A stretch of 51,780 nucleotides of DNA from a virus (taxonomy: Duplodnaviria; Heunggongvirae; Uroviricota; Caudoviricetes), in the IMG/VR virus record IMGVR_UViG_2541047930_000003; one strand, given 5' to 3'. The notes below the pieces were generated by a model. It was given only the letters and a program-made list of their open reading frames with translations. It did not search any database and was not told the origin of the DNA. Numbering within the stretch: the first letter of the stretch is position 1; the number at the start of each line of letters is the position of its first letter. The position numbers and the translations under genes were made by a program. Shown piece after piece: positions 38,288-48,522 of this stretch.

Positions 38288-41200
38288 ATGGGTAAAGGCA
38301 GCAGTAAGGGGCATACCCCGCGCGAAGCGAAGGACAACCTGAAGTCCACGCAGTTGCTGAGTGTGATCGATGCCATCAGCGAAGGGCCGATTGAAGGTCC
38401 GGGGGATGGATTAAAAAGCGTGCTGCTGAACAGTACGCCGGTGCTGGACAGTGAGGGGAATACCAATATCTCCGGCGTCACGGTGGTGTTCCGGGCAGGT
38501 GAGCAGGAGCAGACACCGCCGGAGGGATTTGAATCCTCCGGCTCCGAGACGGTGCTGGGTACGGAAGTGAAATATGACACGCCGATCACCCGGACCATCA
38601 CGTCGGCAAACATTGACCGTCTGCGTTTTACCTTCGGTGTGCAGGCACTGGTGGAAACCACCTCAAAGGGTGACCGGAATCCGTCGGAAGTCCGCCTGCT
38701 GGTTCAGATACAACGTAACGGTGGCTGGGTGACGGAAAAAGACATTACCATTAAGGGCAAAACCACGTCGCAGTATCTGGCCTCGGTGGTGGTGGATAAC
38801 CTGCCGCCGCGCCCGTTTAATATCCGGATGCGCAGGATGACGCCGGACAGCACCACAGACCAGCTGCAGAACAAAACGCTCTGGTCGTCATACACCGAAA
38901 TCATCGATGTGAAACAGTGCTACCCGAACACGGCACTGGTCGGCGTACAGGTGGATTCGGAGCAGTTCGGCAGCCAGCAGGTGAGCCGTAATTATCATCT
39001 TCGCGGGCGCATTCTGCAGGTGCCGTCGAACTATAACCCGCAGACGCGGCAATACAGCGGTATCTGGGACGGAACGTTTAAGCCAGCATACAGCAACAAC
39101 ATGGCCTGGTGTCTGTGGGATATGCTGACCCACCCGCGCTACGGCATGGGTAAACGTCTTGGTGCGGCAGATGTGGATAAATGGGCGCTGTACGTCATCG
39201 GCCAGAATTGCGACCAGTCGGTGCCGGACGGCTTTGGTGGCACGGAGCCGCGCATCACCTGTAACGCTTACCTGACTACGCAGCGTAAAGCGTGGGATGT
39301 TCTCAGCGATTTCTGCTCGGCGATGCGCTGTATGCCGGTATGGAACGGGCAGACGCTGACGTTCGTGCAGGACCGACCGTCGGATAAGGTGTGGACCTAT
39401 AACCGCAGTAATGTGGTGATGCCGGATGATGGCGCGCCATTCCGCTACAGCTTCAGCGCCCTGAAGGACCGCCATAATGCCGTTGAGGTGAACTGGATTG
39501 ACCCGAATAACGGCTGGGAGACGGCGACAGAGCTTGTTGAAGATACGCAGGCCATTGCCCGTTACGGTCGTAATGTCACGAAGATGGATGCCTTTGGCTG
39601 TACCAGCCGGGGGCAGGCACACCGCGCCGGGCTGTGGCTGATTAAAACGGAACTGCTGGAGACGCAGACCGTGGATTTCAGCGTGGGTGCTGAAGGGCTT
39701 CGCCATGTACCGGGCGATGTCATTGAAATCTGCGATGATGACTATGCCGGTATCAGCATCGGCGGGCGCGTGCTGGCGGTAAACAGCCAGACCCGGACGC
39801 TGACGCTCGACCGTGAAATCACTCTGCCATCCTCCGGTACCACGCTGATAAGCCTGGTTGACGGAAGTGGCAATCCGGTCAGCGTGGAGGTTCAGTCCGT
39901 CACCGACGGCGTGAAGGTGAAAGTGAGCCGTGTTCCTGACGGCGTTGCTGAATACAGCGTGTGGGGGCTGAAGCTGCCGACGCTGCGCCAGCGCCTGTTC
40001 CGCTGCGTGAGTATCCGTGAGAACGACGACGGCACGTATGCCATCACCGCCGTGCAGCATGTACCGGAAAAAGAAGCCATCGTGGATAACGGGGCGCACT
40101 TTGACGGCGACCAGAGCGGCACGGTGAATGGTGTCACGCCGCCAGCGGTGCAGCACCTGACCGCCGAAGTCACCGCAGACAGCGGGGAATATCAGGTGCT
40201 GGCGCGCTGGGACACGCCGAAGGTGGTGAAGGGCGTGAGCTTCCTGCTCCGTCTGACCGTAACAGCGGATGACGGCAGTGAGCGGCTGGTCAGCACGGCC
40301 CGGACGACGGAAACCACATACCGCTTCAGGCAGCTGGCGCTGGGAAATTACAGGCTGACAGTCCGGGCGGTAAATGCATGGGGACAGCAGGGCGATCCTG
40401 CATCGGTATCGTTCCGGATCGCCGCACCGGCAGCGCCGTCGCGGATTGAGCTGACGCCGGGCTATTTTCAGATAACCGCCACGCCGCATCTTGCCGTTTA
40501 TGACCCGACGGTACAGTTTGAGTTCTGGTTCTCGGAAAAGCGGATTACCGATATCAGGCAGGTTGAAACCACAGCCCGCTATCTTGGTACGGCGCTGTAC
40601 TGGATAGCCGCCAGTATCAATATCAAACCGGGCCATGATTATTACTTTTATATCCGCAGTGTGAACACCGTTGGCAAATCGGCATTCGTGGAGGCCGTCG
40701 GTCGGGCGAGCGATGATGCGGAAGGTTACCTGGATTTTTTCAAAGGCAAGATAACCGAATCCCATCTCGGCAAGGAGCTGCTGGAAAAAGTCGAGCTGAC
40801 GGAGGATAACGCCAGCAGACTGGAGGAGTTTTCGAAAGAGTGGAAGGACGCCAACGATAAGTGGAATGCCATGTGGGCTGTCAAAATTGAGCAGACCAAA
40901 GACGGCAAACATTATGTCGCGGGTATTGGCCTCAGCATGGAGGACACGGAGGAAGGCAAACTGAGTCAGTTTCTGGTTGCCGCTAACCGTATCGCATTTA
41001 TTGACCCGGCAAACGGGAATGAAACGCCGATGTTTGTGGCGCAGGGCAATCAGATATTCATGAACGACGTGTTCCTGAAGCGCCTGACGGCCCCCACCAT
41101 TACCAGTGGTGGCAGTCCTCCGGTATTTTCCCTGACATCAGACGGAAAGCTGACCGCTAAAAATGCGGATATCAGTGGCAGTGTGAATGCGAACTCAGGA

Positions 41201-41701
41201 ACGCTCAACAATGTCACGATTAACCAGAACTGTACGATTAAGGGCATGCTGGAGGCGACCCAGGTCAGAGGGGATTTCGTTAAAGCTGTATCAAAAGCCT
41301 TCCCGAAAAAAGTCGGTACGTGGGGTAACACGGAAACACCAGACGGTACGGTTACAGTCACCATCAGCGATGATCATAACTTTGACCGCCAGATTATTAT
41401 TCCGCCCATTATTTTTAACGGTATAGCGTATGACGATCCGGGGAGCGGAAATAACCCAGGAGGCACGCGATACACGGGTTATGGTTTTGAAGTTCGCAAA
41501 AACGGCATATTAATCGCATCCAGAGAAACTAAAGGGGCCATTCCCGGTAGTTACAGTGCAGTTATTGATATGCCTAGTGGTGGTGGTAGCGTCACTCTGG
41601 AGTTTAAGATTTTCCAGAAAGGCAATCAGGGGGCAGGCAATATCACCGACTGTACGGTGATTGTGACCAAAAAAGCGGCTTCCGGCATCAGTATTCGTTG
41701 A
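38288..41701 (+). CDS. Host specificity protein J (central tail fibre, 1137 aa)
   Basis: N-terminus [37 protein letters not shown] matches lambda J; length 1137 aa. Confidence 0.92.
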   Translation: MGKGSSKGHTPREAKDNLKSTQLLSVIDAISEGPIEGPGDGLKSVLLNSTPVLDSEGNTNISGVTVVFRAGEQEQTPPEGFESSGSETVLGTEVKYDTPITRTITSANIDRLRFTFGVQALVETTSKGDRNPSEVRLLVQIQRNGGWVTEKDITIKGKTTSQYLASVVVDNLPPRPFNIRMRRMTPDSTTDQLQNKTLWSSYTEIIDVKQCYPNTALVGVQVDSEQFGSQQVSRNYHLRGRILQVPSNYNPQTRQYSGIWDGTFKPAYSNNMAWCLWDMLTHPRYGMGKRLGAADVDKWALYVIGQNCDQSVPDGFGGTEPRITCNAYLTTQRKAWDVLSDFCSAMRCMPVWNGQTLTFVQDRPSDKVWTYNRSNVVMPDDGAPFRYSFSALKDRHNAVEVNWIDPNNGWETATELVEDTQAIARYGRNVTKMDAFGCTSRGQAHRAGLWLIKTELLETQTVDFSVGAEGLRHVPGDVIEICDDDYAGISIGGRVLAVNSQTRTLTLDREITLPSSGTTLISLVDGSGNPVSVEVQSVTDGVKVKVSRVPDGVAEYSVWGLKLPTLRQRLFRCVSIRENDDGTYAITAVQHVPEKEAIVDNGAHFDGDQSGTVNGVTPPAVQHLTAEVTADSGEYQVLARWDTPKVVKGVSFLLRLTVTADDGSERLVSTARTTETTYRFRQLALGNYRLTVRAVNAWGQQGDPASVSFRIAAPAAPSRIELTPGYFQITATPHLAVYDPTVQFEFWFSEKRITDIRQVETTARYLGTALYWIAASINIKPGHDYYFYIRSVNTVGKSAFVEAVGRASDDAEGYLDFFKGKITESHLGKELLEKVELTEDNASRLEEFSKEWKDANDKWNAMWAVKIEQTKDGKHYVAGIGLSMEDTEEGKLSQFLVAANRIAFIDPANGNETPMFVAQGNQIFMNDVFLKRLTAPTITSGGSPPVFSLTSDGKLTAKNADISGSVNANSGTLNNVTINQNCTIKGMLEATQVRGDFVKAVSKAFPKKVGTWGNTETPDGTVTVTISDDHNFDRQIIIPPIIFNGIAYDDPGSGNNPGGTRYTGYGFEVRKNGILIASRETKGAIPGSYSAVIDMPSGGGSVTLEFKIFQKGNQGAGNITDCTVIVTKKAASGISIR

Positions 41702-41721
41702 AATATTTATAACCCCAATAA

Positions 41722-41750
41722 AGGGCGTCAGGAATGACGCCTTTTTTATT
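41722..41750 (+). terminator. Rho-independent terminator after J
   Basis: aaagggcgtcaggaatgacgccttttttatt. Confidence 0.65.
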
Positions 41751-41771
41751 GCAGAAAAGCGAGAGGTAATT

Positions 41772-42371
41772 ATGCGTAAAGTTTGTGCAGCAATTTTGTC
41801 CGCAGCCATTTGTCTGGCCGTATCCGGTGCGCCTGCATGGGCGTCTGAACATCAGTCCACGCTGAGCGCGGGGTATCTTCATGCCTCGACGAACGTCCCC
41901 GGCAGTGATGATCTGAACGGGATTAACGTGAAATACCGTTATGAGTTTACGGATACGTTGGGGCTGGTGACGTCATTCAGCTATGCAGGAGACAAGAATC
42001 GCCAGCTGACCCGTTACAGCGATACCCGCTGGCATGAAGATTCCGTTCGTAACCGCTGGTTCAGCGTAATGGCGGGGCCGTCTGTGCGCGTGAATGAATG
42101 GTTCAGCGCGTATGCGATGGCGGGTGTGGCTTACAGCCGTGTGTCGACTTTCTCCGGGGATTATCTCCGCGTAACTGACAACAAGGGGAAAACGCACGAT
42201 GTGCTGACCGGAAGTGATGACGGTCGCCACAGCAACACGTCTCTGGCGTGGGGAGCTGGCGTGCAGTTTAACCCGACCGAATCCGTGGCCATTGATATTG
42301 CTTATGAAGGCTCCGGCAGTGGCGACTGGCGCACTGACGGTTTCATCGTGGGTGTCGGTTATAAGTTCTGA
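41772..42371 (+). CDS. lom: Lom-like outer membrane protein (Ail/Lom family, 199 aa)
   Basis: Signal peptide, beta-barrel ending in aromatic residue (GYKF); position downstream of J. Confidence 0.85.
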   Translation: MRKVCAAILSAAICLAVSGAPAWASEHQSTLSAGYLHASTNVPGSDDLNGINVKYRYEFTDTLGLVTSFSYAGDKNRQLTRYSDTRWHEDSVRNRWFSVMAGPSVRVNEWFSAYAMAGVAYSRVSTFSGDYLRVTDNKGKTHDVLTGSDDGRHSNTSLAWGAGVQFNPTESVAIDIAYEGSGSGDWRTDGFIVGVGYKF

Positions 42372-42395
42372 TTAGCCAGGTAACACAGTGTTATG

Positions 42396-42425
42396 ACAGC
42401 CCGCCGGTTCAGGCGGGCTTTTTTG
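42396..42425 (+). terminator. Rho-independent terminator after lom
   Basis: cagcccgccggttcaggcgggcttttttgtgg. Confidence 0.65.
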
Positions 42426-42435
42426 TGGAGTGGAT

Positions 42436-44814
42436 ATGGCAGCAGTAAAAATCTCAGGTGTGCTGAAAGATGGTGCGGGAAAACCAATACAGAACTGCAC
42501 TATTCAACTGAAGGCAAAGCGTAACAGCACCACGGTACTGGTGAACACGGTGGCCTCTGAAAATCCGGATGAAGCCGGACGTTACAGCATGGATGTTGAG
42601 TATGGCCAGTACAGCGTCACCCTGCTGGTTGAAGGTTTTCCGCCTTCACATGCCGGGACCATTACCGTCTATGAAGGTTCCAGACCAGGTACGCTGAATG
42701 ATTTTCTCGGCGCCATGACGGAAGATGATGTCATGCCGGAGGCATTGCGTCGTTTTGAGGAAATGGTGGAAGAAGCGGCACGCAACGCTGAAGCCGCCTC
42801 TCAGAGCGCAGCGGCGGCAAAGAAATCCGAAACTGCAGCGGCATCATCGAAGAACGCGGCGAAAACCTCAGAAACGAATGCAGCTAACAGCGCACAGGCG
42901 GCAGCGACCTCACAGACTGCATCGGCAAACTCCGCGACAGCAGCCAAAAAATCAGAAACCAACGCGAAAAACAGCGAGACAGCCGCAAAGACGAGCGAAA
43001 CCAACGCAAAGTCCAGCCAGACGGCAGCGAAGACCAGCGAAACGAATGCCAAAGCCAGTGAAACTGCGGCAAAAAACAGCCAGGTTGCAGCAGCCCAAAG
43101 CGAGAGCGCGGCAGCCGGTTCTGCGACTTCAGCAGCTGGATCAGCAACTGCTGCGGCTAACAGCCAGAAAGCTGCGAAGACGAGTGAAACTAACGCAAAG
43201 TCCAGCCAGACGGCAGCGAAGACCAGCGAAACGAATGCCAAAGCCAGTGAAACTGCGGCGAAAAACAGTCAGGATGCTGCAGCCCAAAGCGAGAGTGCCG
43301 CAGCTGGTTCTGCAAGTGCGGCGGCTTCTTCTGCCACTGCATCAGCCAACAGTCAAAAAGCTGCAAAAACCAGTGAAACCAACGCAAAGGCGAGCGAGAC
43401 TGCGGCGGCTAACTCGGCGAAAGCATCCGCTGCAAGCCAGACGGCTGCAAAAGCAAGTGAAGACGCAGCCAGAGAGTATGCAAGCCAGGCTGCGGAGCCG
43501 TATAAACAAGTTTTGCAGCCGCTTCCAGATGTGTGGATACCGTTTAACGATTCACTGGATATGATTACGGGCTTTTCGCCATCATATAAAAAGATTGTTA
43601 TTGGTGATGATGAAATAACGATGCCTGGTGACAAGGTTGTTAAGTTTAAACGCGCATCGAAAGCAACCTATATTAATAAATCTGGTGTGCTGACAGAGGC
43701 TGCCATTGACGAGCCGCGATTTGAACGTGATGGCCTGCTTATTGAGGGGCAAAGAACTAATCTTCTGCTTAATTCAACAAATCCATCTAAATGGAATAAG
43801 TCAGGCAATCTGGAACTCACAGAAATATCCACGGATTCTTTTAATTTTACTTATGGGAGATTTACTGTAAAAGATACTCTTATTGATCAGACAAGTGCGA
43901 TTAATATCGTAACGGTTTCTGGCAGTAAAGGATTTGATGTCACAGGTGATGAAAAATATGTGACCATTTCATGCCGTGTCAGAAGTGATGTTGAAAATAT
44001 AAGGTGTCGTTTAAGATTTGAACATCATGATGGTTCTACTTACACTTTTTTGGGAGATGCTTACCTCAATTTATCAACACTTGTAATTGATAAGACTGGT
44101 GGTGCAGCAAATCGTATTATTGCAAAGGCTGTAAAAGATGAGGCTACTGGTTGGATTTTCTATCAGGCTACAATTAATGCACTAGATACAGAGAGCATGA
44201 TTGGTGCGATGGTTCAATATGCTCCAGTAAAAGGTTCAGGCACAGCATCTGGAGACTATCTGGATATCGCAACTCCACAAGTGGAAGGTGGATCAAGTGC
44301 TTCGTCATTTATTGTAACTGATATAACTGCAAGCACTCGCGCAAGCGATATGGTGACAGTCCCAATCAAGAATAACCTTTATAATCTTCCTTTTACGGTT
44401 CTTTGTGAGGTACATAAGAACTGGTATAAAACGCCAAATGCAGCGCCACGTGTTTTTGATACCGGTGGTCATCAAACCGGAGCGGCTATTATTCTTGGCT
44501 TCGGTCGTTCAACAGATTATGACGGATTTCCTTATTGCGATATTGGAGGAGCTAACAGACGGGTAAACGAAAACGCATTGCTTGAAAAAATGGTTATGGG
44601 GATGCGTGTAAAGTCAGATCAGTCTACGTGCTCAGTAAGTAACGGGCGTATATCCAGCGAAACAAAAGCCACATGGTCCTATATTCAGAACACCGCAATT
44701 ATCCGTATTGGAGGCCAGACTACAGCCGGGTTACGTCATTTATTTGGTCATGTCAGGAATTTCAGAATATGGCACAAGGCATTGACTGATGCTCAGGTGG
44801 GGGAGTTAATCTAA
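42436..44814 (+). CDS. stf: Side tail fibre protein (Stf-like, 793 aa) with lambda-Stf-like N-terminus, SETNAK tandem-repeat shaft and divergent AT-rich C-terminal domain
   Basis: MAAVKISGVLKDGAGKPIQNCTIQLKAKRNSTTVLVNTV... matches lambda Stf N-terminus; Met3 of ORF 42430..44814; C-terminus ends FRIWHKALTDAQVGELI. Confidence 0.85.
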   Translation: MAAVKISGVLKDGAGKPIQNCTIQLKAKRNSTTVLVNTVASENPDEAGRYSMDVEYGQYSVTLLVEGFPPSHAGTITVYEGSRPGTLNDFLGAMTEDDVMPEALRRFEEMVEEAARNAEAASQSAAAAKKSETAAASSKNAAKTSETNAANSAQAAATSQTASANSATAAKKSETNAKNSETAAKTSETNAKSSQTAAKTSETNAKASETAAKNSQVAAAQSESAAAGSATSAAGSATAAANSQKAAKTSETNAKSSQTAAKTSETNAKASETAAKNSQDAAAQSESAAAGSASAAASSATASANSQKAAKTSETNAKASETAAANSAKASAASQTAAKASEDAAREYASQAAEPYKQVLQPLPDVWIPFNDSLDMITGFSPSYKKIVIGDDEITMPGDKVVKFKRASKATYINKSGVLTEAAIDEPRFERDGLLIEGQRTNLLLNSTNPSKWNKSGNLELTEISTDSFNFTYGRFTVKDTLIDQTSAINIVTVSGSKGFDVTGDEKYVTISCRVRSDVENIRCRLRFEHHDGSTYTFLGDAYLNLSTLVIDKTGGAANRIIAKAVKDEATGWIFYQATINALDTESMIGAMVQYAPVKGSGTASGDYLDIATPQVEGGSSASSFIVTDITASTRASDMVTVPIKNNLYNLPFTVLCEVHKNWYKTPNAAPRVFDTGGHQTGAAIILGFGRSTDYDGFPYCDIGGANRRVNENALLEKMVMGMRVKSDQSTCSVSNGRISSETKATWSYIQNTAIIRIGGQTTAGLRHLFGHVRNFRIWHKALTDAQVGELI
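42975..43320 (+). repeat. Roughly 189-bp near-identical tandem direct repeat (2 copies) inside stf
   Basis: gcaaagtccagccagacggcagcgaagaccagcgaaacgaatgccaaagccagtgaaactgcggc... recurs 189 bp later. Confidence 0.8.
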
Positions 44815-45095
44815 TGAAAGATTTAACACTCAAATTTGTCGACAGGGCCGACTTTTCGGCCTTTATGGAGAGTATCGGCTATTATGATGATGAGTCGATG
44901 CAGGATGATATTCTTATTGACGTGATAGGTAACGTGTACAAAGAAACCGGAGAACTTACCGAAGATGGCGAGCCGGTATGTGTTAAGGAAGACGGATATT
45001 TTGTAAACGTGCGCATCATTAATGATGCAAAAAAATCGTCAATATTCGATGAATACGTGGTTGCTGTTGAGCATCAACTTCGTGGCTGGATGTGA
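44814..45095 (+). CDS. Hypothetical acidic protein (93 aa) between the two fibre genes
   Basis: ORF 44814..45095, overlaps stf stop; no family recognised. Confidence 0.4.
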   Translation: MKDLTLKFVDRADFSAFMESIGYYDDESMQDDILIDVIGNVYKETGELTEDGEPVCVKEDGYFVNVRIINDAKKSSIFDEYVVAVEHQLRGWM

Positions 45096-45104
45096 GGAAG
45101 AAAA

Positions 45105-46145
45105 ATGGCTACATCGACAGTAATTCCTGAAGACATCAAAACGCTAAAATCCGACGTTAGCAAATTAAAAAACGATCAAGGAAGCTACGCAACAAAATCA
45201 TATGTAGACAGCAAAGATGAAACCGTTGGTGACTGGTCTGCTTCATGGTATCAGCAGGTATTGCCAACTAGCGGAGCTATATTTGGGAGAAAACTCCGCT
45301 CAACTCACAGGACGGCAGGTGTTGAGGATGCGTATTGCGAACTATACCTCAAAAAATGGATAGACAGTCCAGGTAACGCAATGGCGCGCCTTAACCTGAA
45401 CGATAACGGGACAAACATTTGCTGGGACTTTACCAACCTTTATGGCGGTACGATGATTTTTCCCGGTGACAGCGGATACCTCAAAATGGGTAACTGCCTT
45501 ATGTCATACAGTAAGCGTGGAAGTAACGCGCTTATTAAATTTGATTACACCGACACATTACAGATCAAATATGCCAATCATGGGTCAACCATGACATTAA
45601 ACACACAGGGAACCGCTTATGCTGGTGTTACTGCTCAATTGTGGGGCAACTCCAGCCGTCCTGTTGTTTATGAAGTCGGTGTTGATGGTGGCGCTTATAT
45701 GTTCTATGCGCAGAAAACTACCAGCAATACCTACGAATTAACGGTTAACGGCGCGTGCAATGCAAGTGCATTTAATCAAGGCTCTGACCGGGATCTGAAA
45801 GACAATATTCAGGTGATCGATAATGCAACCGACCGCATTCGTAAAATGAACGGCTATACATACACGCTTAAAGAAAACGGTATGCCTTACGCTGGTGTTA
45901 TTGCACAAGAAACCCTGGAAGCCATCCCCGAAGCCGTAGGGTCTATGATGAAATATCCAGACGGCGGGAGTGGATTAGATGGAGAAGAAGGTGAACGGTA
46001 TTACACTGTAGATTATTCTGGTGTTACTGGCTTGCTTGTTCAGGTAGTCAGAGAGTCAGACGACAGAATAACAGCACTGGAAGAAGAAAACGCAGAATTA
46101 AGACAAAGATTATCTGCAATTGAGGCGGCGCTTGCGTCTAAATAA
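45105..46145 (+). CDS. Tail fibre / tailspike-like protein with C-terminal S74 intramolecular chaperone domain (346 aa)
   Basis: C-terminal SDRDLKDNIQVIDNATDRIRKMNGYTYTLKENGMPYAGVIAQE then coiled coil, matching the S74 auto-processing chaperone signature. Confidence 0.6.
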   Translation: MATSTVIPEDIKTLKSDVSKLKNDQGSYATKSYVDSKDETVGDWSASWYQQVLPTSGAIFGRKLRSTHRTAGVEDAYCELYLKKWIDSPGNAMARLNLNDNGTNICWDFTNLYGGTMIFPGDSGYLKMGNCLMSYSKRGSNALIKFDYTDTLQIKYANHGSTMTLNTQGTAYAGVTAQLWGNSSRPVVYEVGVDGGAYMFYAQKTTSNTYELTVNGACNASAFNQGSDRDLKDNIQVIDNATDRIRKMNGYTYTLKENGMPYAGVIAQETLEAIPEAVGSMMKYPDGGSGLDGEEGERYYTVDYSGVTGLLVQVVRESDDRITALEEENAELRQRLSAIEAALASK

Positions 46146-46150
46146 TATTA

Positions 46151-46178
46151 AGGGGCCGAGCGCCCCGTTTTATTGGGT
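46151..46178 (+). terminator. Rho-independent terminator after the second fibre gene
   Basis: ggggccgagcgccccgttttatt. Confidence 0.65.
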
Positions 46179-46181
46179 AGG

Positions 46182-46478
46182 ATGAAAATGGATATAACAC
46201 CTTTCCTTCATGCTCTTTGTGCTGTGGCTGCGCAGCTACTGATTGGTCTTTTTACCGGGAACTGGGCTTACGGAGCGATAGCCGGTTGTACGTTCTTCAT
46301 TGCGCGTGAACACACCCAGGCAGAATATCGCTGGATTGAAATGTTCGGGCATGGCAAGCGGATTAACATGCCGTGGTGGGGCGGTTTTGATCCGCGCGTG
46401 TGGGATGTGGCAAGCATGATGGATTTTGCTGTGCCGGTGGTGGCGTGTCTGCTGGTCTGGCTGTTGGTTAATCGCTAA
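46182..46478 (+). CDS. Hypothetical small inner-membrane protein (98 aa, 2 predicted TM segments)
   Basis: Met4 of ORF 46173..46478; hydrophobic stretches at both ends. Confidence 0.4.
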   Translation: MKMDITPFLHALCAVAAQLLIGLFTGNWAYGAIAGCTFFIAREHTQAEYRWIEMFGHGKRINMPWWGGFDPRVWDVASMMDFAVPVVACLLVWLLVNR

Positions 46479-46990
46479 AGTCATCATATCAGGGGAACAC
46501 AGCAGGGGCTGGTTTTACATAAAAAAGCCCACCAGTGAGGTGGGCAACAGGAATGATTAATTATCTCAAAGAGAAACATCATGTTTCTCTTTGCAACTTC
46601 TAACATGAAAATGTGGAGAAATAATGGAGTTTATATTAACTGGTGATTATGCAACCAACTTCTTATGCAAAACAATATAGTTATTTATACCTGACTGGTC
46701 TTATGCATACACCTAAACAGGTGTATTACGTAATGAAACAGACTGGCGAATATGTTTGAGCAAACTCCACTGAACCGCAGACGTTATGGTCATGTTGCAT
46801 AGTGTTTTGGAATATAAAGAATTATATATGAGTTCGCTGTTTGTAACCTGAAAAACAATAACGAATGTTATAATAAACTTGTTTGTTGTGCTGCTTTCAC
46901 ATTTTCTCATTAATCTTACCAGTAATATTTTTGTTGCTTTGTTGTTTCTGTTTTTTTATAAAAAAGAGGTGGTGCAGAGGAGGAAATATA

Positions 46991-47704
46991 GTGGATAAAA
47001 AACTAATTGCATTTTTGTGCACACTTATAATTACTGGTTGCTCGGATGGGATCGGTGATTCACCTTCGCCACCGGGAAAGAATGTAGAATTAGTCGGAAT
47101 TCCAGGGCAAGGTGTCGCTGTTGCTTCAAATGGCACATCTCCAACATTTGGGAGCAACAGTACTGACTTTCCTGATGTTTCAATAATGAGCACAGGGGGA
47201 GCGATGCTTACTGTTTGGGCCAGACCTGTCCGTAACTGGCTTTGGGGATATACTCCGTTTGATTCAGTAAGTTTTGGAGAGAATCGGAACTGGAAGGTTG
47301 TGGATGGTAAAGATGCCGGTACAGTGAAATTTGTTAATGTTGCCCAGGGGACTTGCATGGAGGCCTTTAAAAACGGGGTGATACATAATACCTGTGATGA
47401 TAATTCGTTATCTCAGGAGTTTCAGTTACTGCCTTCTACTAATGGTAATGTGCTTATAAGAAGTAGTGCCTTGCAGACGTGTATAAGAGCAGACTATTTA
47501 AGCAGAACTATACTGTCACCGTTTGCTTTTACAATCACCCTTGAGAAGTGTCCTGGTGCAAAAGAAGAAACGCAAGAAATGCTATGGGCAATAAGTCCAC
47601 CTGTCAGAGCGGCAAAACCAAATCTGATTAAACCAGAATTAAGACCATTCAGACCATTGCCAATTCCACCTCATGACAAACCTGATGGAATGGAGGGAGT
47701 ATGA
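46991..47704 (+). CDS. cdtA: Cytolethal distending toxin subunit A (lipoprotein, 237 aa)
   Basis: GTG start (Val37 of ORF 46883..47704) 7 nt after GAGGAGG RBS; lipobox LIITGCS; ricin-B-like CdtA sequence; 714 bp consistent with CDT-I cdtA. Confidence 0.88.
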   Translation: MDKKLIAFLCTLIITGCSDGIGDSPSPPGKNVELVGIPGQGVAVASNGTSPTFGSNSTDFPDVSIMSTGGAMLTVWARPVRNWLWGYTPFDSVSFGENRNWKVVDGKDAGTVKFVNVAQGTCMEAFKNGVIHNTCDDNSLSQEFQLLPSTNGNVLIRSSALQTCIRADYLSRTILSPFAFTITLEKCPGAKEETQEMLWAISPPVRAAKPNLIKPELRPFRPLPIPPHDKPDGMEGV

Positions 47705-48522
47705 AAAAATTATTATTCCTGTTAATGATTTTGCCGGGTATTTCTTTTGCAGATTTAAGCGACTTTAAAGTTGCAACCTGGAATTTGCAGGGCTCAAATG
47801 CACCGACAGAAAATAAATGGAACACACATGTTCGACAACTTGTCACGGGAAGTGGTGCTGTTGATATCCTGATGGTTCAGGAGGCTGGTTCAATACCATC
47901 TTCAGCTACACTAACGGAACGTGAATTTCGTACACCAGGTATCCCAATGAATGAGTATATCTGGAATACTGGAACGAATAGCCGTCCACAGCAGCTTTTT
48001 ATTTATTTTTCGCGAACTGATGCTCTTTCTAATAGAGTAAATTTAGCGATAGTATCTAACAGAAGAGCTGATGAGGTGATTGTATTATCACCTCCAACAG
48101 TGGCATCGCGTCCGATCATTGGAATAAGAATAGGTAATGATGTTTTCTTCTCAACTCATGCATTGGCAAACCGAGGTATAGATTCTGGAGCAATTGTTAA
48201 CAGTGTTTTTGAGTTTTTCAACAGACAAACAGATCCTATAAGACAGGCCGCTAACTGGATGATTGCAGGAGATTTCAACCGTTCACCTGCTATGTTATTT
48301 TCAACACTTGAGCCGGGAATCCGTAATCACGTGAATATTATTGCACCACCAGATCCAACGCAGGCCAGTGGTGGAGTGCTTGATTATGCTGTAGTTGGAA
48401 ACTCAGTGAGTTTTGTGCTTCCCCTGTTGAGGGCTTCGCTGTTATTTGGGTTGTTAAGAGGGCAAATTGCCTCTGATCACTTTCCGGTTGGCTTCATTCC
48501 CGGAAGAGGAGCTAGAAGATGA
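47701..48522 (+). CDS. cdtB: Cytolethal distending toxin subunit B (DNase I-like genotoxin, 273 aa)
   Basis: Signal peptide; DLSDFKVATWNLQGSNAP...DILMVQEAG CdtB signature; ATGA overlap with cdtA. Confidence 0.92.
   Translation: MKKLLFLLMILPGISFADLSDFKVATWNLQGSNAPTENKWNTHVRQLVTGSGAVDILMVQEAGSIPSSATLTEREFRTPGIPMNEYIWNTGTNSRPQQLFIYFSRTDALSNRVNLAIVSNRRADEVIVLSPPTVASRPIIGIRIGNDVFFSTHALANRGIDSGAIVNSVFEFFNRQTDPIRQAANWMIAGDFNRSPAMLFSTLEPGIRNHVNIIAPPDPTQASGGVLDYAVVGNSVSFVLPLLRASLLFGLLRGQIASDHFPVGFIPGRGARR

Noticed and set aside
38888-40912. 674-aa ORF on the minus strand
   Set aside because: Lies entirely antisense within the J host-specificity gene; Arg/His-rich low-complexity translation typical of a spurious open frame.
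42975-43320. Possible CRISPR array suggested by the repeated sequence
   Set aside because: Only two long (~189 bp) coding repeats inside stf; no short repeat-spacer periodicity and no cas genes.
42725-43564. 279-aa Arg/Gln/Lys-rich ORF on the plus strand, with antisense ORFs 42801..43241 and 43353..43634
   Set aside because: Alternative-frame and antisense readings of the repetitive stf shaft; the stf frame has the lambda-Stf-like N-terminus and spans the full gene.
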